DNA of 63,904 nt, filler included, from Stramenopiles sp. TOSAG23-2 (taxonomy: Eukaryota): NCBI GenBank assembly GCA_900128395.1. It is 3 parts of 3 records of this genome, joined end to end, with 100 filler letters (N's around TTAATTAATTAA, not from the genome) between each part and the next. Parts side by side here need not be neighbours in the genome. Positions count along the whole stretch, not along the records: positions 1 to 22,145 come from LT649519.1; positions 22,246 to 44,233 come from LT649520.1; 1 more part is not named here. One strand, 5' to 3'. The notes under the pieces were generated by a model, which saw only the letters and a list, made by a program, of their open reading frames with translations, was not told the DNA's origin and searched no databases. Below, piece after piece: positions 11,901 through 22,487 of this stretch (positions within the stretch are counted from its first letter, which is position 1; every line of letters begins with the position of its first letter). The position numbers and the translations under genes are program-made.

Positions 11901-12993
11901 TGAAGAAGATAACTTGATTTGCAGCTTGTAAATATAACAAACGTCGTAATTGGTCTGTCTCTTGCCCTCTTAATTCTTGCACTTGTTGGGCAGCACGCTT
12001 TTCCCATGCATAGCTTTTGATAATTCGTATACCACTCAATATTTCAGTAATAACACTAATCCGTTTGTCTGTCTTTTTTAACAAAGCTCTTCTTGTAACA
12101 GATATTAAATTGAATAATTTCACTTGAATGGATGCCATAATACACATCATAGCAACAGGCACGATAGAAACGGGTCCTAACTCTGTAGTTAATAATGACA
12201 TTGCAATAATAATCAAAACAGGTCCAAGCCATATCCAATGCTGTGGCACAGTTCCACCGAAAATTAACATTGGATCAACACTCATTAATGTTACAATATT
12301 ACCGCTGGATTGTGATAATTTAGATGCGGATGATAATTTGATTGCTTTTCGATATACAAAATTCATCACTGCTGCTCTCATACGAAACGAAAAACGAAAC
12401 ATCCAATAAAATGCATGATTCAAAAAGAAAATTTGAACAAGAGCAAAACACAATAATGTAATCCATAGTGCAGTGGGTGAAAAATTACCAAAAATTGGAT
12501 CATGTTTGTTAACGATTTTATTTAATATCGCCCGTATAAACAATGGCTGGAAGCCATACACACCCACCCATACCATCAAACAGATGCCACCCCAAAGCGA
12601 TTGTATACCATGTGCACGATACAAGGCTCGTATAATTCTCCAGCCACTGGTTTTCTTCGTCTCAGCAACTTTCTTACGTTCTTCATCTGTTATTAGTTTT
12701 CTTTCGCGTTCAATTTGAGTTTCCAACCTTTTCCAAGCTTGTGCAGTCAAATCTGAAAATGGTAAACGAATCATATCACTCATTTCTAACGCTTTCTTTG
12801 TACCAAGAACTATTAATGGTTGAATAAAGAAAAACAACAATACATTGAAAGGATTCTTATTATTATCGAGTGGATTTTGTCGTAAATTTAATTCTTTATT
12901 TGGATCATCTGGCTTTTCCTTCTTCAACCTCGTCATTACTTCTTCACCTTTCTCCTCATTTTTTTCCTTCTTCGATTGTTGCACCGACGCCAT
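8911..12993 (-). CDS. ABC transporter subfamily C (MRP-like), full TMD-NBD-TMD-NBD, intronless
   Basis: Walker A GTVGSGKT and GRTGSGKS, signatures LSGGQKQR and FSAGQRQL, SREVKRLEGISRSP, IAHRIDTI. Confidence 0.96.
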   Translation of the reverse strand: MASVQQSKKEKNEEKGEEVMTRLKKEKPDDPNKELNLRQNPLDNNKNPFNVLLFFFIQPLIVLGTKKALEMSDMIRLPFSDLTAQAWKRLETQIERERKLITDEERKKVAETKKTSGWRIIRALYRAHGIQSLWGGICLMVWVGVYGFQPLFIRAILNKIVNKHDPIFGNFSPTALWITLLCFALVQIFFLNHAFYWMFRFSFRMRAAVMNFVYRKAIKLSSASKLSQSSGNIVTLMSVDPMLIFGGTVPQHWIWLGPVLIIIAMSLLTTELGPVSIVPVAMMCIMASIQVKLFNLISVTRRALLKKTDKRISVITEILSGIRIIKSYAWEKRAAQQVQELRGQETDQLRRLLYLQAANQVIFFISPPLIGIGAFLTYQYIYQDITVDKVVVVLAYTNLLRLPMAIMPRAIGQFIESLVSYRRLEKFYFFNEEVHEREVFHVLDDKDDRAISLKDSEFSWDSIMNEAGKKASDGQTNGQPFKLFVNDLTLKKGQLCIVCGTVGSGKTSLLSAILGEMTINKNKCFVNGAVSYVSQRPWIQNSTVRDGILFAREYEKEEYDLVVEASQLSTDLEILPYGDETEIGERGINLSGGQKQRVAIARALYNSKDKDIYLLDDPLSAVDVHVANKLWESAIGNNGILKDKTRILVLNSHYHLLKEADLVCIMDHGKLAFCGNAEDALEKYSSLLVGENSDETENTNEEASDQNVVDNNTKKKDNEGEGKMDEIVKDDIKVTVVNTATSDEEKKASSSSSEEAKDSKVDNDDQKEEKKLYKKEDRAKGVVGCGTYLAWFRSASSFGYGIPWALFIVTLYLTAQVGRTGSDFLLTYWAKTPNEPALILYISLTCVTFVLLIARGFLFMYTSVCASVNFHDTIFTAVLKAPINLFFDVTKTGQIINRFSSDMDHVDVQLPTFGIQFFQNSMYVFAAVVVCAISNVYFVPFLIPIGLIYYTSQYYYRKSSREVKRLEGISRSPIFSGFQEMLNGVETIRAFDQSDKFVGINDKYVDRNNGIYLDFQMCSRWLALRLDVVGISIFCTVAALALFFPVSEEARPVVGLGLVYCLQITGLLQWTVRTFIETENNMTAVERLEHYTKNIPLEKPSIIESNRPAKTWPANGAVEFKNVVMSYRPGLPQVLKKININIKGGEKVGVCGRTGSGKSSMIVSLLRLVELDGGSIIIDGMDISKIGLSDLRSNLSLIPQEPVLFSGDVRHNLDPFDDYIDEAIWEAIRNVGLDEFVKSLGDGLQSTVAEQGLNFSAGQRQLICVARALLRGNKIIIMDEATASVDSETDQNLQKMIRTAFADCTVICIAHRIDTILDSDKICVLDDGYVLEFNTPENLLQDKDSSFYALVDEMKKNNEK

Positions 12994-13453
12994 AGTTTGC
13001 TTTTTTTATCGCAATATATTATAATATATATATATATATGTATGGGATATATTGTAATAATTGTCTCTCTCTCTCTCTCTCTCTTTCTTTTCCTTCTATG
13101 TTTCAGCTATGCTATATTGATGTAATAAATGTATGGTTTTAAATAATGTATCAAAATAGATGTTCGAAGAGATGACCACCAACTGTATGTCCATGCTAAT
13201 CTGGTTAACCGCGGTGCTTCCATAACAGCTGAAATTATTCCATCCAGCCGGGTTTGACAGACGACGCTGTTGTCGTCATTTTTGGTACAGACTTTATTTT
13301 TTATCGGTTTTAGTTTTGCACTACACTTGCATTACTGTATAATCAATATTTATATACAATACAGACTATTACTTCAGCAAGCGAAACAATATTCTTAAAC
13401 AAAAATTCTTTTGTTTAAGATAATAGTCGTCTATCGACCTTACGTTTGTAACA

Positions 13454-15037
13454 ATGTCCACTGTAAATATATCTCCTGTAAAAAAAAAGAAGAAGAATGT
13501 AAATAATTTAAATAAAATAAAAACAAATAATAATATTGTAAAACAACAATTTAATATGGAAGATTTATATGAAGAAAGAGTCATTGGAACACGTATAAGT
13601 AAAAAGGACGGAGAAGAAGAAATACCTTTCTTTTTACTATTAAACCCAAAAAGTATATTAGACGACCCAATTAGACCATGCATTGATGTTGACTATAATA
13701 AAGGCGCAGCTGAAGTTGGTCCTGTTGATACAAGGCATAGTTTAGATTATTTAAACCCGGTCCACTCTCCAACTTTTAAAAATTATGACGTCCCAAACGA
13801 GGATGAGTGGAAACTAAGAAGAAAAAAATATGATCCTGGACCTGGTTCGACTGTGCCAAATTACGCATATTATGAAAAGACAAAAGGAGGTGATTTCAGT
13901 AGAAATCATGAAGAAAAGGATTTAAATATGACTAGTAATAATGATGTTTCGACAGCACATATTGGGCCAGGATTTTATAAAACGACATTAGGTAAGTTTT
14001 CACAGGTAGCTTGTACGACTGGAGGATCATTTTCTAAATTACCAAATATTAATTCAACGGAGGCGGCATATAGAAAAGGGTTATTGACAGGTGGGCCATC
14101 ATTTTTTGCTCCCAAACGAGATGATCGTTCTCAAGTAAATTATAATGCTACTCCCACTCTTTTGCGTACAGCTAATACCAGTTTAACACCTGGTCCAACG
14201 ACATATAATCCAAATACTTACGGTTCGTTTGGTACAAAAGGTGGTTTTAAAATGCGTGAGGAAACTCAAATGACAAAACAAGTAAGAAAAATGAAAAGAT
14301 TATTAGATGATCCAAAAGATTATTTCATAGAATTAGCAAATGATGAATCCTATATTGTAAATAAAAAGTACCCAAAGCCAACCAAATTGACCATTATACA
14401 AAATGCATTGGAAAAATGTAATAAACAAATTTTACATATCATTGATGGTGCACGAGAGGAAGAATTAAAACGACAGAAATTGCAACATATACAAAAACGA
14501 AAATTATACGCTCAGGAAAATTATGATGCATTTATGTCACAACAATTTCAAAATTATGAATTAGAGCAAAAATACGATGCAAATAGAAAGGTAACTGAAT
14601 GTGAAATTAAGCATTTATTAATAAAACAAAAACAATTAAAAGTGTCATATGAAAAGCTATTGAAAAAAGACCAGCGTTTACATCCTGAAAAATATAAAGT
14701 TATAGATATTAATAATAAAGAATCATCATATTCAAATGATTTAAATCGATGGTTAAATGATATGAAAATTCGTCCAAGTAGTAGTCAGAGTAATGAAAGA
14801 GGTGATGAGGATGATAATAATGATGAAGAAAATGATAGAAAAAATGACGGCATTGGTAATAATACAATGATGATGGAAGAGAAAGATTATAAAAACGAGG
14901 AGATACAAGAAGAAGATAGTCCATTGAAAAATGAATACTATAATAATATGAAAAAAGTTTTCCAAAATCATGGGGCGATTATTTGGCCAACATTATCACC
15001 TGTTCGATATAATCCAAACGACAACGAAAAGAAATAA
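13454..15037 (+). CDS. PGP-repeat (SHIPPO-1/ODF3-like) ciliary protein with coiled-coil C-terminal half
   Basis: Repeats DPGPGST, IGPGFY, TPGPTTYNP; 527-aa open frame. Confidence 0.6.
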   Translation: MSTVNISPVKKKKKNVNNLNKIKTNNNIVKQQFNMEDLYEERVIGTRISKKDGEEEIPFFLLLNPKSILDDPIRPCIDVDYNKGAAEVGPVDTRHSLDYLNPVHSPTFKNYDVPNEDEWKLRRKKYDPGPGSTVPNYAYYEKTKGGDFSRNHEEKDLNMTSNNDVSTAHIGPGFYKTTLGKFSQVACTTGGSFSKLPNINSTEAAYRKGLLTGGPSFFAPKRDDRSQVNYNATPTLLRTANTSLTPGPTTYNPNTYGSFGTKGGFKMREETQMTKQVRKMKRLLDDPKDYFIELANDESYIVNKKYPKPTKLTIIQNALEKCNKQILHIIDGAREEELKRQKLQHIQKRKLYAQENYDAFMSQQFQNYELEQKYDANRKVTECEIKHLLIKQKQLKVSYEKLLKKDQRLHPEKYKVIDINNKESSYSNDLNRWLNDMKIRPSSSQSNERGDEDDNNDEENDRKNDGIGNNTMMMEEKDYKNEEIQEEDSPLKNEYYNNMKKVFQNHGAIIWPTLSPVRYNPNDNEKK

Positions 15038-15121
15038 TCAACTCTATACGTATTTTTCTTAAACTCTGGATAAAAAATGAAATATGATGTATATATTAAT
15101 ATATTATATATATATTAAATA

Positions 15122-15664
15122 TATATAAAATGTTCTCTTACTCATATATTATATAAAATTCTTTTACTCCCGTTTATTAACATCTCAAATCAAAAATGAT
15201 TTATAAATTTTAGTAAAAATTATTTAGTATGACGTAGAATGTCCAAAATCAGGACAAAACTTATTTTTCAATATCAGAATACCAGCTATGATATGCGTTA
15301 AATTAAATATATGTATCATATCATATGTTGATATTATATAAAATGTTCTCTTACTCATATATTATATAAAATTCTTTTACTCCCGTTTATTAACATCTCA
15401 AATCAAAAATGATTTATAAATTTTAGTAAAAATTATTTAGTATTCAAAAGATGTTTCCTCTGTCTGTGATTCAGAGCTGAATGAAAGAGGTCCTTCTTCA
15501 TAAAGTTGTAAATCACATTCTTTAATCAATCTAAATGTTTTCTCATTGTCGTAATAAAGGTGTGTACCGTATTTCTTTGTATTTTGGTGATTTATAAATT
15601 TAATCTAAAATTATTTAGTATTCAAAAGATGTTTCCTCTGTCTGTGATTCAGAGCTGAATGAAA
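15122..15664. repeat. Nested direct duplications: 109 bp (15122-15230 = 15335-15443) and about 76 bp (15410-15485 similar to 15588-15664)
   Basis: Read directly; the first pair appears identical at 213-bp offset, the second shares AAAATTATTTAGTATTCAAAAGATG...GAGCTGAATGAAA. Confidence 0.9.
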
Positions 15665-16142
15665 AATATATATTATATATATACGATGTATTTTTTAAAC
15701 TTTTCTCTATACAATATTATTTTCTCTGCTTTTTCGAACTTCGAACGCGTACAAATGAAATAGAAAGATAAAAAGTCTGAGGCTAGCGTTCTCTGACGGA
15801 ACACCAGAGGCATTTCCTGGTCCAAATCTACGTTTTTGCTTTTCCCAGGAAAGCAAGGCTAGCTAGCTAAGGCTAGCTGGCTAGCGGGTTTCCCTATCAA
15901 ATTACAATATTTATACTTTATACTTGAAGGTGAATTTAGAATACTCCACATTGTGGTGGTCGTCTCCAAAAAAAAAAAATCATCATTTTTTTTTTTTTTT
16001 TGTTTGAATGAACAAGAGGAAACCACACATTATATATATATATCTATTTGATTCTAAATAGATAGATAGAAAGATAGAAAAGATAAAAGTGAAGAATAAA
16101 TATATATATTATATATATAAATATACATACACGCTTACCATC

Positions 16143-16421
16143 ATGATATTTTATTCCTTTTTTAAAACATTAGTAGGAAAACCCGTCTGTGTTGAATTGA
16201 AAAATGACCTCTCTTTGACTGGAACATTAGAAAGTGTTGACCAATATTTAAATGTGAAACTTAGTAATGTTGACGTAGTAGATAAAGAAAGATTTCCACA
16301 ATTATTAGCTTGTAAAGATTCATTCATACGTGGCTCAACCATTCGTTATATTCAAATACCAAGAAATGAAGTAGATACAGAATTATTACAAGATGCTGCA
16401 AGAAAAGAATCTCAGTCGTAA
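16143..16421 (+). CDS. LSM2: U6 snRNA-associated Sm-like protein LSm2 (92 aa)
   Basis: MIFYSFFKTLVGK...VELKNDL...GTLESVDQYLNVKL...FIRGSTIRYIQ...VDTELLQDAARKE; true ATG at 16143. Confidence 0.96.
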   Translation: MIFYSFFKTLVGKPVCVELKNDLSLTGTLESVDQYLNVKLSNVDVVDKERFPQLLACKDSFIRGSTIRYIQIPRNEVDTELLQDAARKESQS

Positions 16422-16697
16422 ACATATATAGATGTGACAAGGACATATTTATTATATATATTTATATATAAATATATTTTGAAAGACACTGGCATATGAT
16501 ATTTATGTGTATAATCTACAAACTATGGATATATCATAATATATATTATATCGTTTTCTTCATATTTTTGTACACACAGAGATGCTATATGAATCATTTT
16601 TATATATATTATATATTTATATTATATATTATACTCTCCTACTCGTACTAATCTCTCTCTTTTTAAAAAATATTCTTTTCTATTTTAAATATAAAAT

Positions 16698-18254
16698 TTA
16701 TTGTAATTCTCTTGCAATCTTATTTACAACTTCTTCTGCATTTGAAAAATTGCCTCCATTACTTTGAAGCTCTAATAAAGCCGCTTCCTTTGCACTAAGT
16801 CCAGCCTCTTTCACAGCACGTGCATCATCTTCAGTAGTTTTACTATATAAGGGGCAGCCGTTGCATTTCTTGTGTGTACAATGAGGCTTTTGGCAAAAAT
16901 GTGCATATTTTATTTTTTTCGTGATCAATTTTCTACATAAATAACAGGAGAACGTGCCGCATTTTGGACATGTCATTTTATTGCATCCTTCTTCCTTGTA
17001 AAAGCGAGTTGAGCATTTCGGGCAGCTTCGTACTTTTGCTTCTGTCATTTTCTCCTCGATTTTACGACGAATTTCCTCTGCTGACTTTCCATCAACTTCA
17101 TCGCATTTAAATGGTATGTGTGATTTCTTACGGCACATTCTACAACTTTCTATTTTACAAGAAGGGTTTGGACATGAAAAAATATTGTTACCAACCGGTA
17201 AAATTGCAATTGCATCGCAAAATGGACATGAATGTAAATCATCGACTTTAGCTTCTTTCAATACATGTTGTGCGATGGTGAAATCATATTTTTCTAACAC
17301 AATTGGTGGCAATGCTCGACGTAAAGTCGAATTATTGAATTCACCTTTACATTGACCTGACATATCCATGCATTTAATCTTTGCCCGCTGCTTCCCAAAT
17401 ACTTCCTCTTGCACATATCTGTTCAAACATTTTGCACAAAATTTGTGACCAGCTGAACATTGAACTGTTGCCTCTTCAATAACATCATCGTAGCAACAAC
17501 CACATTCTACATTTGGCTTTTTAATCTTATATTCATGTTTTTGTAATAAAATATCAATTTCACTTAATTTCCTTCTATTTTGAATTTCCAGCCATTGAAT
17601 TTCTTTTCGCAATTCGCCATCCATATTAATTTCCAATTGATAGGCTGCATCTTGACGTTTATTTTTCAATAGGGAGGCACCATTGATTTGTCCTGTATTC
17701 TTATTTTGAGCTTTTAACATTGCTTCAAGTGTCGGTACATATTGAAAATGATATCTTTTAAAATATGAATCGATAGTGCTATATGTAATCTTTCTAAATG
17801 TCATTGCGAGTTTTAATCGGGCATCTTTACGATAACTTGAAGTTGTGTCTCGCGTCTTATCTATATCTCGGTAATCTCTTTTATTCACAGCACTATTGTT
17901 CTTGTTTACACTCTCTTCCGGGTAATCGTTTTCTGCCATGTACGATATAAGAGTATCTGGATTTCGATATTCTTGTAATTTCTTTTTCAACCAATCTACT
18001 TTTACATTTGGAAAAACGCTTAATACCTGTGAGAGACCATCTTGTCTAAAATTGACATTGTTCCCGTTACTATTATATGGCATTGACCCACCATTGCTAG
18101 TATTTACAAAATTTGTTATCCAATCTACATTATTGTTTGAATTTGAGTTCCCTTCCCCAAACCCGGCAAGATCAACAATATTATTATTATTGTTAATATT
18201 ATTGCTCTTGTTAGAAGCTAAATCAAACCATGGTATCTGCCGTGTTTCATTTCG

Positions 18255-18289
<35 letters not shown>

Positions 18290-19301
18290 CGTCGTCGTCA
18301 TCGTCTGACAACAAATCGACTACATCCGGTGCTTTTTTCCTTATAACAATATTGTTGTTATTATTATTATTATTGTTGTTGTTGTTAGAAGGTAAACTTT
18401 GTAAATCAACCATGTTTGGAAGTGGCCTGCGTATTAAATTTGCTCGTTGAAATGCTAACGATGGGGTTTTTTTCTCATTTCTAGTTAAATCTTGAAATCC
18501 CGTCATATTTGGAAGTGGCCTACGGATTATATTTGCTGCTTCTCGTTGAACAAATCCTAAAGTACGTATTTGTGGCGTTTCCTTCTGAGTTGTCTTTAAA
18601 TAATATCCTGTTCCGAATGCACCATCAACTTTATATTCATATTCACTTCTTATGTCTGGTCTTATACCACTGTGCTGTCTAACAAATGGCGGTTTTTTAT
18701 GTCGTACTTTCATTTTTTTTTTAATTACAATATTGTTATTATCATCGTCGTCATCCAAAAGACTTATTACATTTGAAGGAGGATCCTTTCGTTTCTTTCC
18801 AGTGACTGAAGCTCCATTACGATTTCCATTATTGCTATTTTTATTGTTGATATTATCAAATCCAATTGTGGCCCTCGGGAATGGATTCGTATTTACATTT
18901 CCTCCGGTTCCACGGAATGCTGGGAAACCAGTCGCTGGAAAAACTGTAGACGCATTTTGAAAAGCATTACTGCTGCTCCCACTACCATTATTATTATTAT
19001 TATTATTATTATTAGATTGTACACTCAACGTCGGTATAGACAAGTGCATTCTACATATAGGACATTGTTTATGTCGGCGCATATAATTTTTCAGGGGTTC
19101 GCGATTGAAACGATGTGAGCAATTTCGATTTTTTACAGGATCTGTTAATAGTTGTCCAGATAAAGCACATAATGCAGGTGTACTATTCATACCAAAACGA
19201 AAATTGTTATTGTTTACACTATTATTAGTAGTATAATTTCTATTCATAGTCATAGTTGAAGATACACTCGCGCCATCACTAGACAAATCAATGAAATTCA
19301 T
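16698..19301 (-). CDS. RBR E3 ubiquitin ligase (RNF216/TRIAD3-like) with N-terminal SP-RING-like finger, SIMs and CUE-like domain
   Basis: RING1 (ECGCCYDD...CSAGHKFCAKC...C), IBR (CPFC...CPNPSC...CRMC...H...C), RING2 (CPKC...KEEGCNKMTC.KC...CYLC), RNF216-type tail HFCQKPH. Confidence 0.88.
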
Positions 19302-19830
19302 CGTAAATTTAATTCAGGAAATTGCTGTACGTCGTATGTTTGTTCTTCTTATTTTGTACAACACTTTTATATCGGTTGTTAGATGATGTTATATCTCTCT
19401 TTCTATTTTTTTAGTTGTACCATTTTTTATTATTTACGTGTCGTGATGATTTGTTGAAATTATTTTGAGAGAAGTCCAGAGCACCAGAAGTAGAAGGAAG
19501 AGGTAGTTTTTGGTAAGTTCCATTCATATTTAGATAGCTGTTTACGTACTAATTAGAATACGTATATTGGCCGAAAAATTTATTTAGAGGATCCTCGATC
19601 CTCTCCAGGTAAAATGGAAAAAAACAAATATTCATCCCTTATTAAATATGGCCATGAAAGACGAATGTACGTACAGTGGTGTGCTGAATACAAAATCTAG
19701 ACATGAGATGTACATTTAATTTTACGTATATATAGATATAAAAAATTCTCTTACTTAAAATTTAAACGTATATATAGATACGTATATATATATATATATC
19801 ATATTAACTTTTATACACAAATATAAAAAA

Positions 19831-20845
19831 CTATTTTTTTAATTCAGATGATGTAGCAGATGATTGAGATTCTTCAATGGCATTTCGAAGTGCAAAATTT
19901 GTTAATAACATTTTCGATGGCAATTTAGCACCAGTTAATGGACTTGTATCATGATTTTCCAACCATCTTTCAATTGCTTTCCTTTCGTATGTATGGCCAT
20001 CCATACATGTACATGGATCTACCATGACTTCTTGTGTTATTGGACATACAAAGGCTTGTAATTCTTTGTTTTTGAATTTATTTACTTTTTCGTCTTTTTG
20101 TTTCTTTTTATTATTATGCTGCTGCTGCTGCTTTTGTTGCTTGTCTGGTTTTCGTGGTGGTCCATTACTTCTTTCACATACTTCATAAAATTCTTTTAAT
20201 TTGGAATCAAGATCATTTAAAATAGCTAATCGTTCTTCATCATCTATTTCATCATTTTCGTTTTCGTCTGAGTCATTTTCCTTTTCTTGTGTTTCAAACT
20301 CAACATTAGTAGGACTGCCTTTCTTACTATTATCCATATTATTTTCTGTTATATCATCATGATGATGATGATGTTCCTCTTTCTGCTCTGTAACATTATA
20401 ATCAACTTCTTTACTGCCTTCTTCATATCCATTATTTACATTTCTTTCATTGGTGTAATTTTGATCATCCTCGGAAGAATCTTTTTTTCCTTCATCAACC
20501 ACATGTTCGTCGTCATCATCACCATTTTCGTCATCATCCTCTTCGTCATCGTTTAGATCTTCAATCCAACTTATCAAACATGCACCAACAACACTTGTAG
20601 CAGCACAATCAACAGCATTTGCACGATCAATATTTCTTCGCAATGGATCTGCACCATGTTCTAACAACAATTTACAAACTGATAAATGGCCATTATTTGC
20701 TGCAACCATTAATGCAGTAGTACCACGCTCATTTGCTGATTCAACATCAACATCTTTATCCAATAATCGTTTACATATGTTATGGCTGGAAATGCAAAGT
20801 AGTATATATATATAATTATACGTGTTAGCAATTTTGTAATTTTGA

Positions 20846-20876
<31 letters not shown>

Positions 20877-21832
20877 TGTATGTATGTATGTATTTGTAGT
20901 GAACTAAGAAGAACTTACTATCCTCGCTTTGCTGCAAAAGATAATGCAGATGCACCTTGTATATTGCATAAAGATACAATCGAATTTTCATCTCCAATTA
21001 GAAATTCAATACATTCAATCTCTGCTTTGCCATCAATAGCTGCCATTAATGCTGTTGTACCATTATCACTTTGTGAATTAATATTTGCACCATGTTTTAA
21101 TAGTAATTTACACGTGCTTGTTTTACCAACACTAGCAGCTATAATCAATGCCGTCCTACCATATTGATCTTGTAAATCAATATCTTTAATATAATTATCA
21201 TTATTATCATTATTGATATCGTCCCCATCCTTTCTATTTATACAATCTTGATCTATTTCTAGAAATAAGTTTAAAATTTCGTCATATCCACCTCTTGCAG
21301 CTGCCATTAACGGCGTTAATTTTGTGTTTGTTTCTGCATTCCTATTACTATTATATTTCAATAATGTTTTAACAATATCAACGTTTCCTATACTAGACGC
21401 AAGATAAAGTGCTGTTCTTCCAGAAGCTTCTGTTACCTCTGAATTTGCTCTTCCATATTTAAGCAATGTTTCGACTATATGTACGTGCCCGCATAAAACT
21501 GCAAGCATCAACGACGTTTTCTTCTTTTCATTTTGTTCATCAACATTTGCATTAGAATTCAACAGTAATTTACAACAATCGTCATGGCCACGATGCGCTG
21601 CCTGCATTAACGGAGTTGTTCCTTTATCACTAGCGATATTAACAGATATTCCATTGGATATTAAACAGGTAATAATTTCCAAGTGACCAAATTTTGCACC
21701 CATTAACATGGCATCTCGTTGTTCAATTAAAGATGGTGTATCCTCCTCCAAACATTTCGATACTCCCATTACATCGTTTCTTTTTGCAAGAAACGGTAAT
21801 CGTTCTTGTTGTTGCTCCGTTGTATTTGACAT
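19831..21832 (-). CDS. Ankyrin-repeat U-box E3 ubiquitin ligase; 2 exons (21832-20919, 20785-19831), about 622 aa
   Basis: Intron 20918-20786 (GTAAGT...CAG) gives AKRGY|HNICKRLL. Many GxTPLMxAA ankyrin repeats; U-box FVCPITQEVMVDP...DGHTYERKAIERWL...SPLTG...NFALRNAI. Confidence 0.92.
20847..20893. repeat. (TATG)n microsatellite in intron
   Basis: About 11 tandem TATG units. Confidence 0.95.
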
Positions 21833-22145
21833 GGTTTATGTGTATTACAAAAAATATTGTGTTCTAATTCGTTTTATTCATTATACACTTAAACTTTTTT
21901 TATTTAATAATAGACATAGACATATTAATATAGTTTTTTGTTGTATTTTTTCTAACGGTTGTTTGGTTTGCATACGCGATGTACTGTACCTGGGTAATTC
22001 CAGGCAAAAAACCAGCACAAACCAGCAAGCAAACAAGCAAACAACAACCAAAACATATAAATCAATTTCAAGTACAAAAAATACCTAATCTGACCTATCA
22101 AATATAGCAAACACTACAAATCTACTCAGTATATGAAAAGGACGA

Positions 22146-22245
22146 NNNNNNNNNNNNNNNNNNNNNNNNNNNNNNNNNNNNNNNNNNNNTTAATTAATTA
22201 ANNNNNNNNNNNNNNNNNNNNNNNNNNNNNNNNNNNNNNNNNNNN
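22146..22245. other. Artificial contig-joining spacer
   Basis: 44 N + TTAATTAATTAA (stops in all six frames) + 44 N. Confidence 0.97.
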
Positions 22246-22440
22246 TTATTTGATCATCATCATCATTTTTATTTTTTTTATATAAATTTTTTACCATTAA
22301 ATTGAGATAAAAAGCTTTAGTTTGAAACCTAATAGTTGAAAGCGCGAAACGATAGAAAACAAACCAATTCATTGCATTGTATCTTTCTATATATACATTT
22401 GTTTCAGTTATTCTCTTTGCTTTTAGTACAAATCGTCGGG

Positions 22441-22476
<36 letters not shown>

Positions 22477-22487
22477 TATCACGTATT

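Noticed and set aside
15410-15664. Tandem C/D box snoRNAs (TGAT...CTGA)
   Set aside because: No proper RTGATGA C box or terminal stem; better explained as a duplicated gene-end fragment.
16698-21832. Adjacent RBR and U-box ligases as a functional ubiquitin gene cluster
   Set aside because: E3 ligase genes are numerous in eukaryotes, so two neighbours are expected by chance.
22190-22201. TTAATTAATTAA palindrome (also at 44278-44289) as a biological element
   Set aside because: Identical, centred in 100-bp N spacers and stops all six frames: an assembly linker.
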